Assembly: GCA_035461245.1 (NCBI GenBank)
Contig: DATHVP010000030.1
Coordinates: 19,991-83,990, forward strand
Source: Longimicrobiales bacterium
GTDB lineage: Bacteria; Gemmatimonadota; Gemmatimonadetes; Longimicrobiales; RSA9
Reading direction: 5' to 3'
Length of the DNA: 64,000 bases
Shown piece by piece: positions 62,972-64,000 of the stretch. Both the position numbers and the translations under genes were made by a program. A model generated the notes under the pieces. It was given only the letters and a program-made list of their open reading frames with translations, had not been told where the DNA came from and ran no database searches. The first letter of the stretch is position 1. Every line of letters starts with the position of its first letter.

Positions 62972-63256
62972 GGCCTGAACGAGTTCGGGGGCGGCCGGCG
63001 CCGATCCGTCGGCACCGCGCATAGCGTGTCATTGCAGGGAAGGATGGTGCCGCGCGTCACAGACTGAGCCAAGTCGCAGTGTCCTAACACGTTGCGAGAT
63101 ATGGCGGCCCTGCCCGCGGGGCACCGGGTGTCCGGCTGTGGCACGGCCGGTGGCGGATTCGGGACGCGCCCCTGTCGCTCGTGCACCGAGTTGCAGCGAT
63201 GGGCGCCACACGCGGACCTGTGGCCACCCCGCACGGCTGGAGGAAGGATGCGATGA

Positions 63257-63289
63257 CACCGACGCCGCGTGCAGCAAGCGGCGTCGGTG
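63257..63289. repeat. palindromic element copy B (perfect 12-bp stem); likely also the terminator of the MerR-like gene
   Basis: CACCGACGCCGC gtgcagcaa GCGGCGTCGGTG, flanked by an outer AGGAAG/CTTCCT pairing. Lies 9 nt beyond the MerR-like stop. Confidence 0.7.
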
Positions 63290-63297
63290 ACTTCCTG

Positions 63298-64000
63298 CTA
63301 CAGGTTTCTCTCCGCGTACGTCTTCATGGCATCGCGCACAAAGGCTGCGCCGTCGCGGCCGCCATAGTTCGCGGCAAAGCGTTCGTCTGCCACGTACATC
63401 TCCGCCAGACCCAGAAAATATTCCTTCGAGGGCCTGGTCCCATCGCGAGGCGTGCCGGGAATACCGGCCAGCCAGTCGGCCTGCCGCTGGGCCAGAGCCT
63501 GCCCTTCGGCGCCGTCCGGTTCGGCGCCGCTCCGCGCCGCCTCGGCCCAGTCCGCTCCCAGCGCCTGCGACCTTGCCATCCATGCCGAACGGGCTCCCTG
63601 CGACAACCCCTGCCACCAGCGATCGCTGCGCTCGTACGCGTCATTCCCCCAGCGGTCCACGACTTCGTCCCGATACTTCGTGTGGTCAAAGCCGTTCAGC
63701 ATCTCCTCTGCCATCAGTGCCTCTCCTCGTTCCAGCCTGGCGATGGTGATCTCGACGCTCTCCATGCGGTCATCCAGGCGAGATCGTTCCCGTCTCAACT
63801 CCTCCAGGTGGAGCCGCAACGCCTGGATGTCGTCGCGATGGCCCTCCAGCACCTCCGCGATGTCGGCCAGACCCAGCCCCATTTCCCGCAGCAGCAGGAT
63901 ACGCTGCAGCCGGACCAGCGCAGCCGCGTCGTAATACCGGTACCCGTTATTCCCGACCCGGCTCGGCGGCAACAGCCCGATTGCGCCATAGTGCCTGAGG
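63298..64000 (-). CDS. MerR-family regulator with a TipAS-like C-terminal domain; 5' end beyond the window
   Basis: The reading frame continues to the window edge (..LRHYGAIGLLPPSRVGNNGYRYYDAAALVRLQRILLLREMGLGLADI, the MerR HTH wing and dimerisation helix). The C-terminal half has the TipAS-like segment FAANYGGRDGAAFVRDAMKTYAERN. Confidence 0.8.
   Translation of the reverse strand, partial: LRHYGAIGLLPPSRVGNNGYRYYDAAALVRLQRILLLREMGLGLADIAEVLEGHRDDIQALRLHLEELRRERSRLDDRMESVEITIARLERGEALMAEEMLNGFDHTKYRDEVVDRWGNDAYERSDRWWQGLSQGARSAWMARSQALGADWAEAARSGAEPDGAEGQALAQRQADWLAGIPGTPRDGTRPSKEYFLGLAEMYVADERFAANYGGRDGAAFVRDAMKTYAERNL

Overview
This is a very GC-rich bacterial chromosomal window, densely coding, with no rRNA, CRISPR array, transposase, integrase or phage genes that I can see. 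The gene content suggests a Gemmatimonadota- or Acidobacteriota-like organism: a SusC/SusD pair, an ADOP-type duplicated permease, a PEP-CTERM protein, CarboxypepD_reg-plug paralogs and nirK. That placement is inference only.

Reading left to right, I can support these features:
- Two barrel-less CarboxypepD_reg/plug proteins flanking a SusC/SusD pair, plus a 738-aa polytopic membrane protein.
- metK with a structured leader.
- A TolC-MFP-RND efflux operon, and cysK.
- A seven-gene Wsp-like chemosensory operon (CheW, CheR-TPR, CheW, MCP, CheA-REC, CheB) that ends in a receiver-histidine-kinase hybrid.
- An orphan family-5 solute-binding protein divergent from a penicillin/AHL-acylase-family Ntn hydrolase.
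- A bacilliredoxin, a SolA-like oxidase, a DUF5916/CBM9-like outer-membrane protein and an MsbA-like ABC exporter.
- An amidohydrolase-GNAT pair.
- A ten-gene Mbh-ordered Mrp-type cluster with three NuoL/M/N-like subunits and an embedded 75-aa ORF.
- A DJ-1/PfpI protein and tRNA-Pro(GGG).
- An M14 peptidase and a nirK-nirV-sco1 copper module.
- A CHRD/PEP-CTERM protein, an SDR-DUF2867 protein, the ADOP permease and a partial MerR/TipAS regulator.

I did not find an unambiguous new system. The best candidates for follow-up are:
- the chemosensory operon with a kinase output,
- the hydrogenase-less Mbh-like Mrp cluster,
- two families of intergenic repeat or palindromic elements (a GTATGGGGAT-based composite element in two copies, and a CCGACGCCGCGTG...GCGGCGTCGG palindrome bracketing the ADOP gene),
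- the metK leader.

All functional calls rest on motif recognition by eye. Several ORF-track starts were shortened where the upstream extension looked like GC-driven read-through.
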